From NCBI GenBank assembly GCA_964533715.1, contig CAZHNI010000004.1:13741-77740 (forward strand): DNA of 64,000 bases, read 5' to 3'. The position numbers and the translations under genes were made by a program. The notes under the pieces are model-generated. The model was not told the DNA's origin, ran no database searches, and saw nothing but the letters and a program-made list of their open reading frames with translations. Source of the stretch: an uncultured Gammaproteobacteria bacterium. Its GTDB lineage: Bacteria > Patescibacteriota > Patescibacteriia > Magasanikbacterales > GWA2-37-8. Of the stretch, positions 18,735 through 29,006 are shown piece after piece. Numbering within the stretch: the first letter of the stretch is position 1; every line of letters starts with the position of its first letter.

Positions 18735-18756
18735 ATCAGCGGTCACGCTGATTTTA
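18735..18756 (+). terminator. intrinsic terminator ATCAGCG-GTCA-CGCTGAT + TTTT
   Basis: 7-bp perfect stem plus a T-run just after the rplI stop. Confidence 0.6.
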
Positions 18757-18777
18757 AATAATTCTCATTTGTGATGT

Positions 18778-20421
18778 ATGGCTAAGACGAAATATATCTT
18801 TGTGGTAGGGGGGGTAATGAGTAGCGTAGGTAAGGGAGTAGCCGCATCTTCGATTGGAGCAATTTTACAGGCGCGTGGTTTTAAAGTAACCAATGTTAAA
18901 TGTGACATGTACGTAAATTTGGACGCCGGCACCATACGGCCAACTGAACATGGTGAGGTTTTTGTTGGCGAAGATGGCATTGAAGCTGATCAGGATCTTG
19001 GCAACTACGAACGTTTTACCAGCAACCCCATGAGCTCCCTTAATTACGTAACGACTGGTCAAGTTTATCAAGAAGTTATTCGCCGTGAAAGAAATTTGGA
19101 ATATGGTGGGGAAGACGTTGAAGTGGTTCCCGATGTCCCTAACGAAATTATTAGACGTCTCAAGCTGGCCGCCAAAAAAGATGAAGCCGAAATTGTGGTG
19201 GTAGAATTCGGCGGAACAGTTGGCGAATATCAAGTGCTTCTTTTTTTGGAAGCGGCCCGCATTATGAAAGTAAAAAATCCTTCCGATGTTGCTTTTGTGT
19301 TAGTGAGCTATTTACCGCTTCCGCGCCATGTAGGTGAAATGAAAACCAAACCAACACAATATGCGGTGCGGACTTTAAATGCAGCCGGAATTATGGCTGA
19401 TTTTATTGTGGCACGCGGCGAACAAGCTTTAGACGCGCGCCGGAGACAAATTTTGGCTACAGTATGTAATTTGCATGATGGCATGGTTATAGCCGCACCA
19501 GATGTAGAATCGATTTATGATGTGCCAGTACAATTCCATAATCAAAATTTTGATGGTCGTTTACTGCGTTCACTTCATCTCCGGGCAAGAAAAAATGATT
19601 TTAAGGCGTGGAAAGATTTTTCTAAAAAAGTAAAAAAACTTAAAGGCACACTTAAAGTTGGTTTAGTAGGAAAATATTTTGCAACCGGTAATTTTACATT
19701 GGCCGACTCATATATTTCTGTTATTGAAGCAATTAAGCATGCCGCTTGGAGTGTGGGGGCCAAACCAGAATTGGTCTGGATAGATTCAGAAACATATGAG
19801 AAAGATCCTAAAAAAGTTAATGAGCTATCTCAGTTTGATGCTGTAATTGTTCCCGGTGGTTTTGGGACACGCGGTATCGAAGGCATTATTTCAGCAATTC
19901 GTTATGTTCGCGAACACGGTATTCCATACCTTGGTTTGTGCTATGGTATGCAACTTGCGGTTATAGAATTTGCTCGCAATGTGCTCGGTTTAGAAGGCGC
20001 CCACACGGTAGAATGCGCGCCAAATACCAAATTTCCCATCATTCATGTCAATTCTGTGCAGGCAAAAAATATTGCCGAGAATAATTATGGCGGCACCATG
20101 CGTCTTGGCAGTTATCGGTGTGCCTTAAAAAAAGGAACGCATTCCGAGCGTTTATATGGAGCTTCTGAAGTAAACGAGCGGCATCGACACCGTTATGAAT
20201 TTAACAACGAATTTCGTGCCAAAGTAGAAGCTGCTGGTCTTATAGTGGCCGGTGTTAACCCAGATAGAGATTTGGTAGAAATTATTGAACTTAAAAATCA
20301 TCCTTATTTTGTGGGTACTCAATTTCATCCGGAATTTAAATCAGGGCCACTGTCACCGCATCCATTATTTATTGGCTTAATGAAATCAGCCCTTGCCAAA
20401 CAGAAAAAGAGCCAAGTGTGA
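18778..20421 (+). CDS. pyrG: CTP synthase
   Basis: Has the synthetase domain (KYIFVVGGVMSSVGKGV) and the GATase domain (GLCYGMQLAVIEFARNVLG). Confidence 0.95.
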   Translation: MAKTKYIFVVGGVMSSVGKGVAASSIGAILQARGFKVTNVKCDMYVNLDAGTIRPTEHGEVFVGEDGIEADQDLGNYERFTSNPMSSLNYVTTGQVYQEVIRRERNLEYGGEDVEVVPDVPNEIIRRLKLAAKKDEAEIVVVEFGGTVGEYQVLLFLEAARIMKVKNPSDVAFVLVSYLPLPRHVGEMKTKPTQYAVRTLNAAGIMADFIVARGEQALDARRRQILATVCNLHDGMVIAAPDVESIYDVPVQFHNQNFDGRLLRSLHLRARKNDFKAWKDFSKKVKKLKGTLKVGLVGKYFATGNFTLADSYISVIEAIKHAAWSVGAKPELVWIDSETYEKDPKKVNELSQFDAVIVPGGFGTRGIEGIISAIRYVREHGIPYLGLCYGMQLAVIEFARNVLGLEGAHTVECAPNTKFPIIHVNSVQAKNIAENNYGGTMRLGSYRCALKKGTHSERLYGASEVNERHRHRYEFNNEFRAKVEAAGLIVAGVNPDRDLVEIIELKNHPYFVGTQFHPEFKSGPLSPHPLFIGLMKSALAKQKKSQV

Positions 20422-20448
20422 GGCTCTTTGCATAAAGTTATTGTTGTT

Positions 20449-21831
20449 TTAGCGTCCCGCCAAGGAACCAAGAATACCAATCGTCCTAAGGAGAATAATA
20501 CAATCGAGGATAAACCCTCGATTTTTTATGTAATATAAATCATATTCTAACTTTGCCAAATTTTCATCAATGGTTCCGTAATATGAACTGTGAAGCTGTG
20601 CCCAGCCAGTTATACCTGGTTTAATAAGATGTCGCAAAGCATAGGGTGGCATTCTGTCGGTAAGTTCTTTCACAAATTCTGGTCTCTCTGGCCGTGGGCC
20701 AACAATACCCATGTTGCCTTGCAGTATATTAATAAATTGGGGCACTTCATCCAGGCGTACGCGACGCAAAAATTTTCCAACCGCAGTTATACGGCTGTCG
20801 TTTATTTTGGCGAATTCCGGCCCGTCCACTTCAGCGCTGCCGTCTGCGGAAAGGGAATGCATGGTGCGAAATTTATAAATAGTAAAAGGCCGGCCAGCCC
20901 GCCCGATGCGTTTTTGTTTAAAAAATATCAGACCGGGTGAATTTATTTTAATAAGTAAAGCAACAAAAGGTAGTGTAATAAGGAAAAAAATTGCCATCAC
21001 AAGAGCCAGGGTGTAATCAAGCAAAATACGAATGCGATCGTAGATTTTTTTTTGGTGTTCACGTAAATTAGTTAAAAACCAAGCGTCGGCAAAAGTGAAT
21101 GGTGGAATTCTGCCTAGAATTTCTTCATAAAAATAAGCCAAATCAACCACCTCCACTTGTCGATATAAGTTAGCGTATAATTCTGCAAGTAATACATTAT
21201 TCTTAGTAAGTTCCGGGGCAATAACAATAAGTTGGACTTTTGAGACGTGTCTGTTGTTTTCCAGCTCTTTAAGGGTTGGAGCAATTGGCAAATCGGCGAG
21301 CGCAGGAGAAATATTTGGTATATCCCCAACATGAATAATTCCACTTACGGTAAACCCACGTTGTGATTCTTTGCGAAAAAGACGAACAAGCTCTTCGACT
21401 TCTGGGGTAACACCGGCAAAAACAACATTGCTGCGCAAAATAACTGCCGATACGAAACGATTGTGCAAGTAACGCCAGATGGCGACAAGACCAAAACCAG
21501 AAACGCTGGTTAGAAGTAAAATAGTTTTTGGTGTCAAAAAATTTGTCGGAAATAGATAAAAATAAATAATACCAACAACTATCCATAAAATAGCAACAAT
21601 CGCCAGTTTTTGGAAAAAAGTCCATGAGTTTTTGGCTCGGTTGACATCATATAAACCGGCGATAAATAAAAGCAACGCGGCTCCGAAGAACAAAATGATA
21701 AATGATGGGGTGAGTGTGACGAGACGATTGGTTGGAATTTCAAAATAACGAACGGCAAGCGCAGCGTAAAAACCAATAAAAAGTAAGATAATATCACCGG
21801 CAAACAGAATGAATTGTTTAAAACGATACAT
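20449..21831 (-). CDS. undecaprenyl-phosphate sugar-1-phosphate transferase (WbaP/CpsE bacterial sugar transferase family)
   Basis: N-terminal TM helices are present. The C-terminus KRIGRAGRPFTIYKFRTM...RVRLDEVPQFINILQGNMGIVGPRPE is the bac_transf signature. Confidence 0.85.
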   Translation of the reverse strand: MYRFKQFILFAGDIILLFIGFYAALAVRYFEIPTNRLVTLTPSFIILFFGAALLLFIAGLYDVNRAKNSWTFFQKLAIVAILWIVVGIIYFYLFPTNFLTPKTILLLTSVSGFGLVAIWRYLHNRFVSAVILRSNVVFAGVTPEVEELVRLFRKESQRGFTVSGIIHVGDIPNISPALADLPIAPTLKELENNRHVSKVQLIVIAPELTKNNVLLAELYANLYRQVEVVDLAYFYEEILGRIPPFTFADAWFLTNLREHQKKIYDRIRILLDYTLALVMAIFFLITLPFVALLIKINSPGLIFFKQKRIGRAGRPFTIYKFRTMHSLSADGSAEVDGPEFAKINDSRITAVGKFLRRVRLDEVPQFINILQGNMGIVGPRPERPEFVKELTDRMPPYALRHLIKPGITGWAQLHSSYYGTIDENLAKLEYDLYYIKNRGFILDCIILLRTIGILGSLAGR

Positions 21832-21899
21832 AGCGCTTACTAAACAAATAATTGTTAATATAAATAAAGTAAGGTATACTATAATAATAACCCTTAAAT

Positions 21900-23891
21900 T
21901 TGTATGGCATGTTTAAAGTATACCTCAAAACAGCAAAAAAATCAATATTAATTGGGTTTATCGCTACTTTTTGTTTAGTCAATAACCCGGTAAGTGCACG
22001 AACTCCGTTCGATCCAGAATATCCAACTCAGGAAGTCTTGTGGCAGCAAATCGGGGCCGAGAACGCTTGGAAATATACCACCGGGTCTCGTGATGTCACA
22101 GTGGCAGTTATTGACACCGGAATTGATACCTGGCACGACGATCTTCGGGACAATATTTGGACAAACCCCTACGAAATTCCTGGCAATGGTATTGACGATG
22201 ATCATAATGGGTATATCGATGATATAAATGGATGGAATTTTGTAGAAAATAATAATGACGTACGGACGTCGGTGATAGGAACGAGTAACGATCCAGAGGC
22301 AGTTCGACATGGTACCGTTATCGCTGGTCTCATTGGGGCAGTAGGAGATAATGGCAAAAATGGCACTGGTCTTAATTGGCATGTTAAAATAATGCCAATC
22401 AGAGCGATATTAAGTACCGGCGAGGGTGATTACAGTACGGTAATTCAAGCTATAGATTATGCCGTAAATAATGGCGCCGATATTATTAGCCTTAGTTTTG
22501 TAGGCAACGAAAACGATTCAGCTCTACGCGATCGTTTGCGGACTGCTTATGATAAAGGAATATTAGTTGTTGCTGCAGCTGGTAACCATACGCATGATAT
22601 AGTAGGCGATTTTGACAGTCGCCCAGTTTTTCCAGCTTGTTATGATAGTGGTGATACTGTTAACTGGATGTTAACCGTTGGTTCGGTAAATTCGTTTGGC
22701 CAGCTTAGCTCTTTTAGTAATTTTGGAAGTTGTGTTGATATAGTCGCTCCGGGAGAAAATATTTTTAGCACCGAACGATATGCTCCCCAGTATGGGTATT
22801 CGCGGGAGTTTGGTGGTCCCTGGAAGGGAACATCTTTTGCGGCACCGCTCGTAGCCGGCGCAGCCGCTTTGGTTAAATCACTCCAACCGGAATGGAGGGC
22901 AAAAGAGCTTATTGAGGTTTTAGATAATGCAGCTGACCCGATAGATTCGGTTAATTTGGCCTATCAGGGTAAGTTGGGCCACGGGCGTTTAAATGTCGCT
23001 AAGGCTGTCGATATTGCACTTAAATTAAAACCAAGTGGCCCAGTTGGCGGGTTCTATTATTATTTTTCATCCTCAACAATTTCTCGACTTAATTTCACTA
23101 CACGTAAAACAGAAACCGTTCAATCCCTCGGTGGCGACACAATTCAGAGCGTGGCTCTGTACAATCCAAACGTTGGACTCAAGGCACAAATAGCAGCTTT
23201 GGTTGCGAGGCGGTCATTTTATTATGTGCGCTTATTAAAAGATACGGGAGAGCCGCTGAGTGAATTTTCTTTAGAAATTCCAATTAACAGACAAACGGTA
23301 GTTAAAAAATTAAAGACAACTCCTCTGGCTTCTTCTCCTGGCAGATTTGTCGTTGAAGTATATTATCCACAGAAAAATAAAACAATATTTAAGGTATTCA
23401 ATGATCGTGGTGAGATAGTTAAAGAAATTCCATTTTTTGGATCAGTTGAAGCGTGGACACTCGGCCGTTTTGAACCAGTAATTTTTGTGGGTGCAAAAAC
23501 TAGCCGCAACCTTGTTTTTAGCCGCCTGCCGCTTGATGGATCGGTTGGTTCATCATACTCAATACCTCAAGCCGGTGCCGTTAAAATTGACGCTTTGCGT
23601 AGTGGTCACCTCAATCAAGGTGAAGGTGAAGAGATTGTTTTTTTAGCCCACCGTTCTAATAAAATTGAAAATATGATAGTAAATTTTGAAAAAAAGACCG
23701 CCACCACTACCTTGGTGAGCGAAACGCGCGATAAGGCGCCATGGCGTTTGCTGCTAGCCGACTCCACCGCTAGCGAGGAGGCTCTACTCTTTCCGTTTGC
23801 GGTAAATGGAGGTATTTTCCGTTTAGTAACCACGGATGGCAGTCCGGTAGCGGAAATTAAATTGCCTGTGCTAATTGGAACAACAGAATAG
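21900..23891 (+). CDS. secreted S8 subtilisin-like serine protease
   Basis: Has a signal peptide and the catalytic triad motifs VAVIDTGID, HGTVIAGLIG and GTSFAAPLVAGAAAL. Confidence 0.85.
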   Translation: MYGMFKVYLKTAKKSILIGFIATFCLVNNPVSARTPFDPEYPTQEVLWQQIGAENAWKYTTGSRDVTVAVIDTGIDTWHDDLRDNIWTNPYEIPGNGIDDDHNGYIDDINGWNFVENNNDVRTSVIGTSNDPEAVRHGTVIAGLIGAVGDNGKNGTGLNWHVKIMPIRAILSTGEGDYSTVIQAIDYAVNNGADIISLSFVGNENDSALRDRLRTAYDKGILVVAAAGNHTHDIVGDFDSRPVFPACYDSGDTVNWMLTVGSVNSFGQLSSFSNFGSCVDIVAPGENIFSTERYAPQYGYSREFGGPWKGTSFAAPLVAGAAALVKSLQPEWRAKELIEVLDNAADPIDSVNLAYQGKLGHGRLNVAKAVDIALKLKPSGPVGGFYYYFSSSTISRLNFTTRKTETVQSLGGDTIQSVALYNPNVGLKAQIAALVARRSFYYVRLLKDTGEPLSEFSLEIPINRQTVVKKLKTTPLASSPGRFVVEVYYPQKNKTIFKVFNDRGEIVKEIPFFGSVEAWTLGRFEPVIFVGAKTSRNLVFSRLPLDGSVGSSYSIPQAGAVKIDALRSGHLNQGEGEEIVFLAHRSNKIENMIVNFEKKTATTTLVSETRDKAPWRLLLADSTASEEALLFPFAVNGGIFRLVTTDGSPVAEIKLPVLIGTTE

Positions 23892-23987
23892 GTTATTGCT
23901 ATTATTGTCAAATAACAACAAAACTGATATAGTAACTTGTGTGGCAAAGTGCTAAAAATTATACAAATGCGTTATTTCTAGAGTTGT

Positions 23988-25022
23988 ATGGATAATCCTA
24001 TTTTTGAAAAAAAGAATGTCTTAGTCATCGGCGGGGCCGGGTTTATTGGTTCACATTTATGTGAACGAATCCTCAAAGAAGCAAATGTTATCTGTGTTGA
24101 TAATTTTTCCAATTCCCGTCCCGAAAATATTAGCCACCTTTTACAGTATTCGGACTTTGAATTTATTAATCACGACATTAACCAGCCGCTCAATTTAGAA
24201 GCGTTTGATGAGCTTGATAAATTTAAAGTTAAATTTCAAGGTGTTCAGGAAATTTATAACCTAGCCTGCCCCACCAGTCCGAAAAATTTTGAAAAACAAA
24301 AAATCCCAACGCTTTTTACCAATTCTATAGGAATGATTAACACACTCGAGCTCGCCGTTAAACACCGCGCCAAATATTTGTTTACTTCAAGTGCTGTAAT
24401 TTATGGTGACCAGGCCGATACCACTAAATACCTTAAAGAAAATGACCCAGGGTATGTTAATCAGCTTTCACCGCGTGCTTGCTTTGATGAAGGAAAGCGT
24501 TTTGCGGAAACCTGTGTGGCAACATATGGTCAGGTATACGGAATTGATACTAAAATTGCGCGTGTGTTTACCACCTATGGCCCACACATGCGTTTGTTTG
24601 AACAACAACTTATTCCCGATTTTATTATTAACGCGCTTGAAGGTAAAGATTTAGTATTGTATGGCGATGAAAATTTTTCTACCTCGCTTTGTTATGTAAC
24701 CGATATGGTGGATGGGCTAGTGCGTGTTATGGGGAGTAACCCGGAAGTAAAAGTAGTTAATATTGGCGGCGATCGCGCCATAAAATATCGTGAAGTAGCA
24801 CAAATGATTTTAAACATTACTGGCTCAAGTTCTAAAATTAGATTCGAACCGCCACTTCTCTTCTTAAGCAAGAAAGGCGCTCCGGATTTAAGTTTTATTA
24901 AAGAATCCTTGGGGTGGCTTCCGCTCGTTCGTTTAGAAGATGGTTTGCGCAAGACAGTAGACTATGTTATTTCGCATAAAGAAGTGTTAGTATTCGATGA
25001 TATGGGGCGTGCTGAAAAATAA
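23988..25022 (+). CDS. NAD-dependent epimerase/dehydratase (UDP-glucuronate decarboxylase-like)
   Basis: Rossmann motif VLVIGGAGFIGSHL and the SDR catalytic YGDQ/K region are present, and the layout is UXS/ArnA-like. Confidence 0.75.
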   Translation: MDNPIFEKKNVLVIGGAGFIGSHLCERILKEANVICVDNFSNSRPENISHLLQYSDFEFINHDINQPLNLEAFDELDKFKVKFQGVQEIYNLACPTSPKNFEKQKIPTLFTNSIGMINTLELAVKHRAKYLFTSSAVIYGDQADTTKYLKENDPGYVNQLSPRACFDEGKRFAETCVATYGQVYGIDTKIARVFTTYGPHMRLFEQQLIPDFIINALEGKDLVLYGDENFSTSLCYVTDMVDGLVRVMGSNPEVKVVNIGGDRAIKYREVAQMILNITGSSSKIRFEPPLLFLSKKGAPDLSFIKESLGWLPLVRLEDGLRKTVDYVISHKEVLVFDDMGRAEK

Positions 25023-25025
25023 TGT

Positions 25026-25688
25026 ATGGACGCGCTTGTATTAATTCCAGCATTCAATGAAGGAAAAATAATTGGTCGCGTTATTCGCGGCCTTTTTGAA
25101 CATGGGTGGAAGCAGGTTGTGGTGATTGATGATGGCTCGAACGACGACACGGCGGAAGAAGCGCAGAAGGCCGGGGCCTTGGTTCTTTGCCACAAAATAA
25201 ATAGGGGGCAAGGCGCGGCTTTAGAAACCGGTAACGAATACGCACGGCGCTTTGGCGCAAATTTTGTGGTTCATTTTGATGGAGACAATCAAATGAATGC
25301 GGAAGACATTGCTGGAGCTTTGCGGCGAGTAGAAAGTGGAGAAACCGACATAGTGCTAGGGTCCCGTTTTTTAGATAATCGTTCACGATTACCGTGGTCA
25401 AAAAAATACGTTATTTTACCATTAAGTCGCTGGGTAAATTTTGTGTTTACGGGCGTAAAGCTCACTGATGCTCACAATGGTTTTAGAATTTTTAACCGCC
25501 GGGCGCTTAATGCTATTACTATCACTCAAGACGGAATGGCTCACAATACCGAAATTCCTAGGCAAATTAAAAAATATAATTTAAAATTTGTAGAATATCC
25601 GGTTGAGATTGTGTATCATGAATATGGACAGGGGATGGGCGGCGGGCTGCGTGTGGTAATAGATTTAATCAAAGCTTTGTTTGTGTAA
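25026..25688 (+). CDS. glycosyltransferase family 2 (polyprenyl-phosphate sugar transferase-like)
   Basis: GT-A motifs are present: LIPAFNEGKII, VVVIDDGSNDDT and the DXD-like FDGDNQM. Confidence 0.8.
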   Translation: MDALVLIPAFNEGKIIGRVIRGLFEHGWKQVVVIDDGSNDDTAEEAQKAGALVLCHKINRGQGAALETGNEYARRFGANFVVHFDGDNQMNAEDIAGALRRVESGETDIVLGSRFLDNRSRLPWSKKYVILPLSRWVNFVFTGVKLTDAHNGFRIFNRRALNAITITQDGMAHNTEIPRQIKKYNLKFVEYPVEIVYHEYGQGMGGGLRVVIDLIKALFV

Positions 25689-25695
25689 AAACAAT

Positions 25696-25793
25696 TGTCA
25701 TTCTGAGGGAGTGAAACGACCGAAGAATCTCTGTCCGTTGATGATTGAGACAGAGATCCTTCCCCTCGACTTTACTCGGGGTCAGGATGACAT
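25696..25793. repeat. palindromic mini-element, medium form (copy 3)
   Basis: TTGTCATTCTGAGGGAGTGAAACGACCGAAGAATCTCTGTCCGTT...GAGACAGAGATCC...GGTCAGGATGACATT. It is about 85 percent identical to the copy inside rsmH. The right arm supplies the ATG (25787) of the downstream gene. Confidence 0.85.
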
Positions 25794-26137
25794 TAAAATA
25801 TTTTTTTATGTACCTAATCCAAATTCTTTTACCTCTCTTTTTTATCTTCGCTGCCATTAAGGCAATTGGCAAATATAAAAAAGGTGATATTACCCTTGGT
25901 ATGATGTTTATCTGGCTTCTGGTTTGGATAGTGGGTGTTGTGGTAGTTTTAACACCAAACAGCACATTTTATGCCGCTCGTTTTCTCGGTGTGACCCGTG
26001 GGGCCGATGCTGTTGTCTATAGCGCTCTAGCGGTATTATTTTTTGTTGTTTTTCGCATGCTTGTTTCTGTAGAGAAATTAAAGAGAGAAGTGACAAAGCT
26101 GACGAGAGAGCTTGCACTCAGGGATAAGAAAGAATAG
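25787..26137 (+). CDS. DUF2304-like small membrane protein (GT2-associated)
   Basis: Has two or three TM helices and a charged C-terminal coiled tail, and sits immediately after a GT2 gene as is typical for DUF2304. The ORF track starts at 25745, inside the repeat. Confidence 0.5.
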   Translation: MTLKYFFMYLIQILLPLFFIFAAIKAIGKYKKGDITLGMMFIWLLVWIVGVVVVLTPNSTFYAARFLGVTRGADAVVYSALAVLFFVVFRMLVSVEKLKREVTKLTRELALRDKKE

Positions 26138-26139
26138 TT

Positions 26140-27246
26140 ATGAAAATTGCCCATGTTGTTTCCACATTTTATCCGCACCACGGGGGGATGGGTGCAGTGG
26201 TTTATGATGAAGCTGGTGCTTTGGCTCGCCGTGGACACCAGGTAACTGTTCTTACCATGCGCTATCCGGGCGATGTAGAGGTAGAGGAGCGTGATGGTTT
26301 TTTTATTAAGCAATTAAGTCCAATTTTTCGTTTGGGAGATGGGGGAGTAGTAAGTTGGAAAGACCAACTGAGTAATTTTGATGTAATTCACCTACATGTG
26401 CCGTGGTATGGTGCTATAAGTGGTGCAATAGCGGAATGTGTGCGAATTCAAAAGCCTTTTGTTGTTACCATCCATATGGTGGGCAAACCGCGGGGCATAG
26501 TAAAAAATGTATTTAAATTTGTTGATGAGATTAAAACAAATAAAAAATTATTCAAATACGCTAAAAAGATATTTGTTGTTAATAAAAATTATTTTTTAAA
26601 TTCATATAAAGGCGCCGACCAAGCTATTGAATTACCAAATCTGATTGATACTAATATTTTTTCTCCGGGCGAGGCACAGCGAAATATTTTTGGTGAGTTA
26701 AACAAACCAGACACAAAAATAATTTTATTTGTTGGTAATTTGTTGCCCCTTAAGCGTTTGGATTTACTTCTTAAGGCTGTGGCGAACGGTGAAAAAAATT
26801 GGCGGCTGGCCGTGGTAGGAGGCGGCTACGCCGAAGCAGAGTATAAAAAATTAGCTGAAAAATTAGGAATTTCTAACAGGGTTACATTTTTTGGATCGGT
26901 CGAACGTCAAAAACTTCCTCTGTTTTACCGTAGCGCCGATGTTGTGGTGGTGCCATCGGATACAGAATCTTTTTCACTGGTTGCGGCAGAGGCTTTGGCC
27001 TGCGGAACGCCCGTGGTGGCGAGTGATAATGCCGGGCTAGTAGGGGCTTTGAAAAATATTAGTAATATCACTTTTTTTTCAGCCGGCAATTCTGTGGCAT
27101 TAACCGACGCTGTGAGGCAGGTATTTATGTGTGGCAATGATGAAGCTCGCCAACTATCCATTCGCGGTAAAAATGACGTAAATGAGCGTTATACAATTGA
27201 TAATCACCTAAATGTTTTAGAAAGTGTATATAAGACTTTGCTATGA
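26140..27246 (+). CDS. glycosyltransferase family 1/GT4
   Basis: The C-terminal GT-B motif ESFSLVAAEALACGTPVVASDNAG is present. Confidence 0.8.
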   Translation: MKIAHVVSTFYPHHGGMGAVVYDEAGALARRGHQVTVLTMRYPGDVEVEERDGFFIKQLSPIFRLGDGGVVSWKDQLSNFDVIHLHVPWYGAISGAIAECVRIQKPFVVTIHMVGKPRGIVKNVFKFVDEIKTNKKLFKYAKKIFVVNKNYFLNSYKGADQAIELPNLIDTNIFSPGEAQRNIFGELNKPDTKIILFVGNLLPLKRLDLLLKAVANGEKNWRLAVVGGGYAEAEYKKLAEKLGISNRVTFFGSVERQKLPLFYRSADVVVVPSDTESFSLVAAEALACGTPVVASDNAGLVGALKNISNITFFSAGNSVALTDAVRQVFMCGNDEARQLSIRGKNDVNERYTIDNHLNVLESVYKTLL

Positions 27247-27995
27247 AATTAATCTCCTTAAATATTTGGGGAGGGCGCGCGGGTTTTGGCAGATTGTTAA
27301 AATTTTTTTCGGATAATAAGGATGCTGATATTTTTTGTTTACAAGAAGTTTGGAATGGAGGGGAGGAAATTATGATTAAGCGTGTTGACCGTGGAAATGA
27401 CGCTTTTATTGTCCCAAGAAATTTGATAAGCATTGCAAGTATTCTCTCCGATTTTAATTATTATTTTCACCCACAAGTGAAAAATTATTATGGCTTAACA
27501 GTTTTTGTCAAAAAGACACTTGCCATAAAACAGATTGGAGAATTATTTGTGCATAAAGATAGAGAACTTGTGGGACCAAGATTTGGTGCTCACGGACGAA
27601 ATATTCAATATATTGTTATTGAAACAAACAATAGATTGCGAACCATAATAAATTTTCATGGTCTATGGACTGGTGACGGGAAAGATGATAATAACGACAG
27701 GTTGGTGCAGTCGAATAATATTATAAATTTTTTAAAGACCCAAAGCAACCCAATTGTTTTAGTGGGTGATTTTAATCTTTTACCAGAAACTGAAAGTATT
27801 AAAAAATTTGAAATTTTCGGAATGAGAAATTTAATTCGTGAAGGAGGATTTGTTTCCACCAGAACAAAATTGTATACCAAAGAGCATCGTTTTGCCGACT
27901 ATGCTTTTGTCACAAAAGATATAACAATAAAAAATTTTACTGTTATGCCAGACGAGGTTTCCGATCACAGTCCACTTTATTTAGAATTTGAATAG
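27243..27995 (+). CDS. endonuclease/exonuclease/phosphatase (EEP) family protein
   Basis: LVGDFNLLPETES and the C-terminal SDHSPLYLEF match EEP catalytic motifs. Confidence 0.7.
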   Translation: MKLISLNIWGGRAGFGRLLKFFSDNKDADIFCLQEVWNGGEEIMIKRVDRGNDAFIVPRNLISIASILSDFNYYFHPQVKNYYGLTVFVKKTLAIKQIGELFVHKDRELVGPRFGAHGRNIQYIVIETNNRLRTIINFHGLWTGDGKDDNNDRLVQSNNIINFLKTQSNPIVLVGDFNLLPETESIKKFEIFGMRNLIREGGFVSTRTKLYTKEHRFADYAFVTKDITIKNFTVMPDEVSDHSPLYLEFE

Positions 27996-28809
27996 AATGA
28001 CTTTTAATTACGAACAATCAATTTGGGGGAGAGGTGAAGCTAGTCTTAGGTGGAAAGACCCCACAGCCGTGCGGCTTAAGGAATCTCTACGGTCGCTAGG
28101 CCCTCTTGCCACAGGCGCAAAAGTGTTAGAAGTTGGCACGGGAGCCGGGCAGTTTATTCGTGCCATTAAACGCTTAAGAAGTGAGCTGGACTGTTTTGGT
28201 TGTGATATAAGTTCGGAAGCGATTCGGATTGCACGCGCCAAAAATGATGGTGTTGCCTATGAAGTAAGCCAAGACTACCATTTTCCGTATGCGGACAACT
28301 CGATGGATGCCGTGGTAATTTTTGATGTTCTTGAACATGTTGCAGACCCTAAAAAATTATTGGCAGAAGTGAATCGTGTGCTTAAAACTAGCGGCATTTT
28401 TTACGCCTTTGTTCCGTGTGAGAATGACGTTTCATCTTTGTGGCATTTGCTTAATTTTTTACATCTCAAGCGCAATCTCACACAAAAATATGCCGGGCAT
28501 ATCCAGTTTTTTAAAAGAAAGGAACTCCTTAAATTATTTCAAGAGGTCAACTTTACCATCACACGTCTGCGCTACAGCGAGCACTTTGTGGGGCAATGTC
28601 TTGGAGTCTTGGCCTTTTTATTAATGCATAGAGCCTCGCAGCGTTTAAGCGGCCAACAAATTAATAATGAAGCATATTTTACTCGTGCAAACGGTAATAC
28701 ATTTATTAGCGCTATCAAAAATTTTGTTAATCGTATCGTGTACCTAGAGTCCTCAATCTTATCTTTTTTGCCTTCACCTAATGTGCATGTAACTGTTTTT
28801 AAAAAGTAA
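27988..28809 (+). CDS. class I SAM-dependent methyltransferase
   Basis: Motif I (VLEVGTGAGQF) and the post-I acidic motif (FDVLEHV) are present. Confidence 0.75.
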   Translation: MNRMTFNYEQSIWGRGEASLRWKDPTAVRLKESLRSLGPLATGAKVLEVGTGAGQFIRAIKRLRSELDCFGCDISSEAIRIARAKNDGVAYEVSQDYHFPYADNSMDAVVIFDVLEHVADPKKLLAEVNRVLKTSGIFYAFVPCENDVSSLWHLLNFLHLKRNLTQKYAGHIQFFKRKELLKLFQEVNFTITRLRYSEHFVGQCLGVLAFLLMHRASQRLSGQQINNEAYFTRANGNTFISAIKNFVNRIVYLESSILSFLPSPNVHVTVFKK

Positions 28810-28839
28810 ATTATAGTGCAAAATGGCTAGGTATATAAT

Positions 28840-28953
28840 TGTCATTCCGACCGAAGTGGAGGAATCCCTTGATCCGTGAGTCACAACGGTCAAGCGATTT
28901 CTCGACTCGGCTTTCGCCTCGCCTGTCTGCGCAGGCAGGCTCGAAATGACAGT
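28840..28953. repeat. palindromic mini-element (copy 4)
   Basis: TTGTCATTCCGACCGAAGTGGAGGAATCCC...CTCGACTCGGCTTTCGCCTCGCCTGTCTGCGCAGGCAGGCTCGAAATGACAGT. It has the same terminal arms and a related GC-rich palindromic core. Confidence 0.8.
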
Positions 28954-29006
28954 CAGAGCAATTCGCGAATTATTCACCAAGCTCTGTAAAACATTTATAT
29001 TCATTT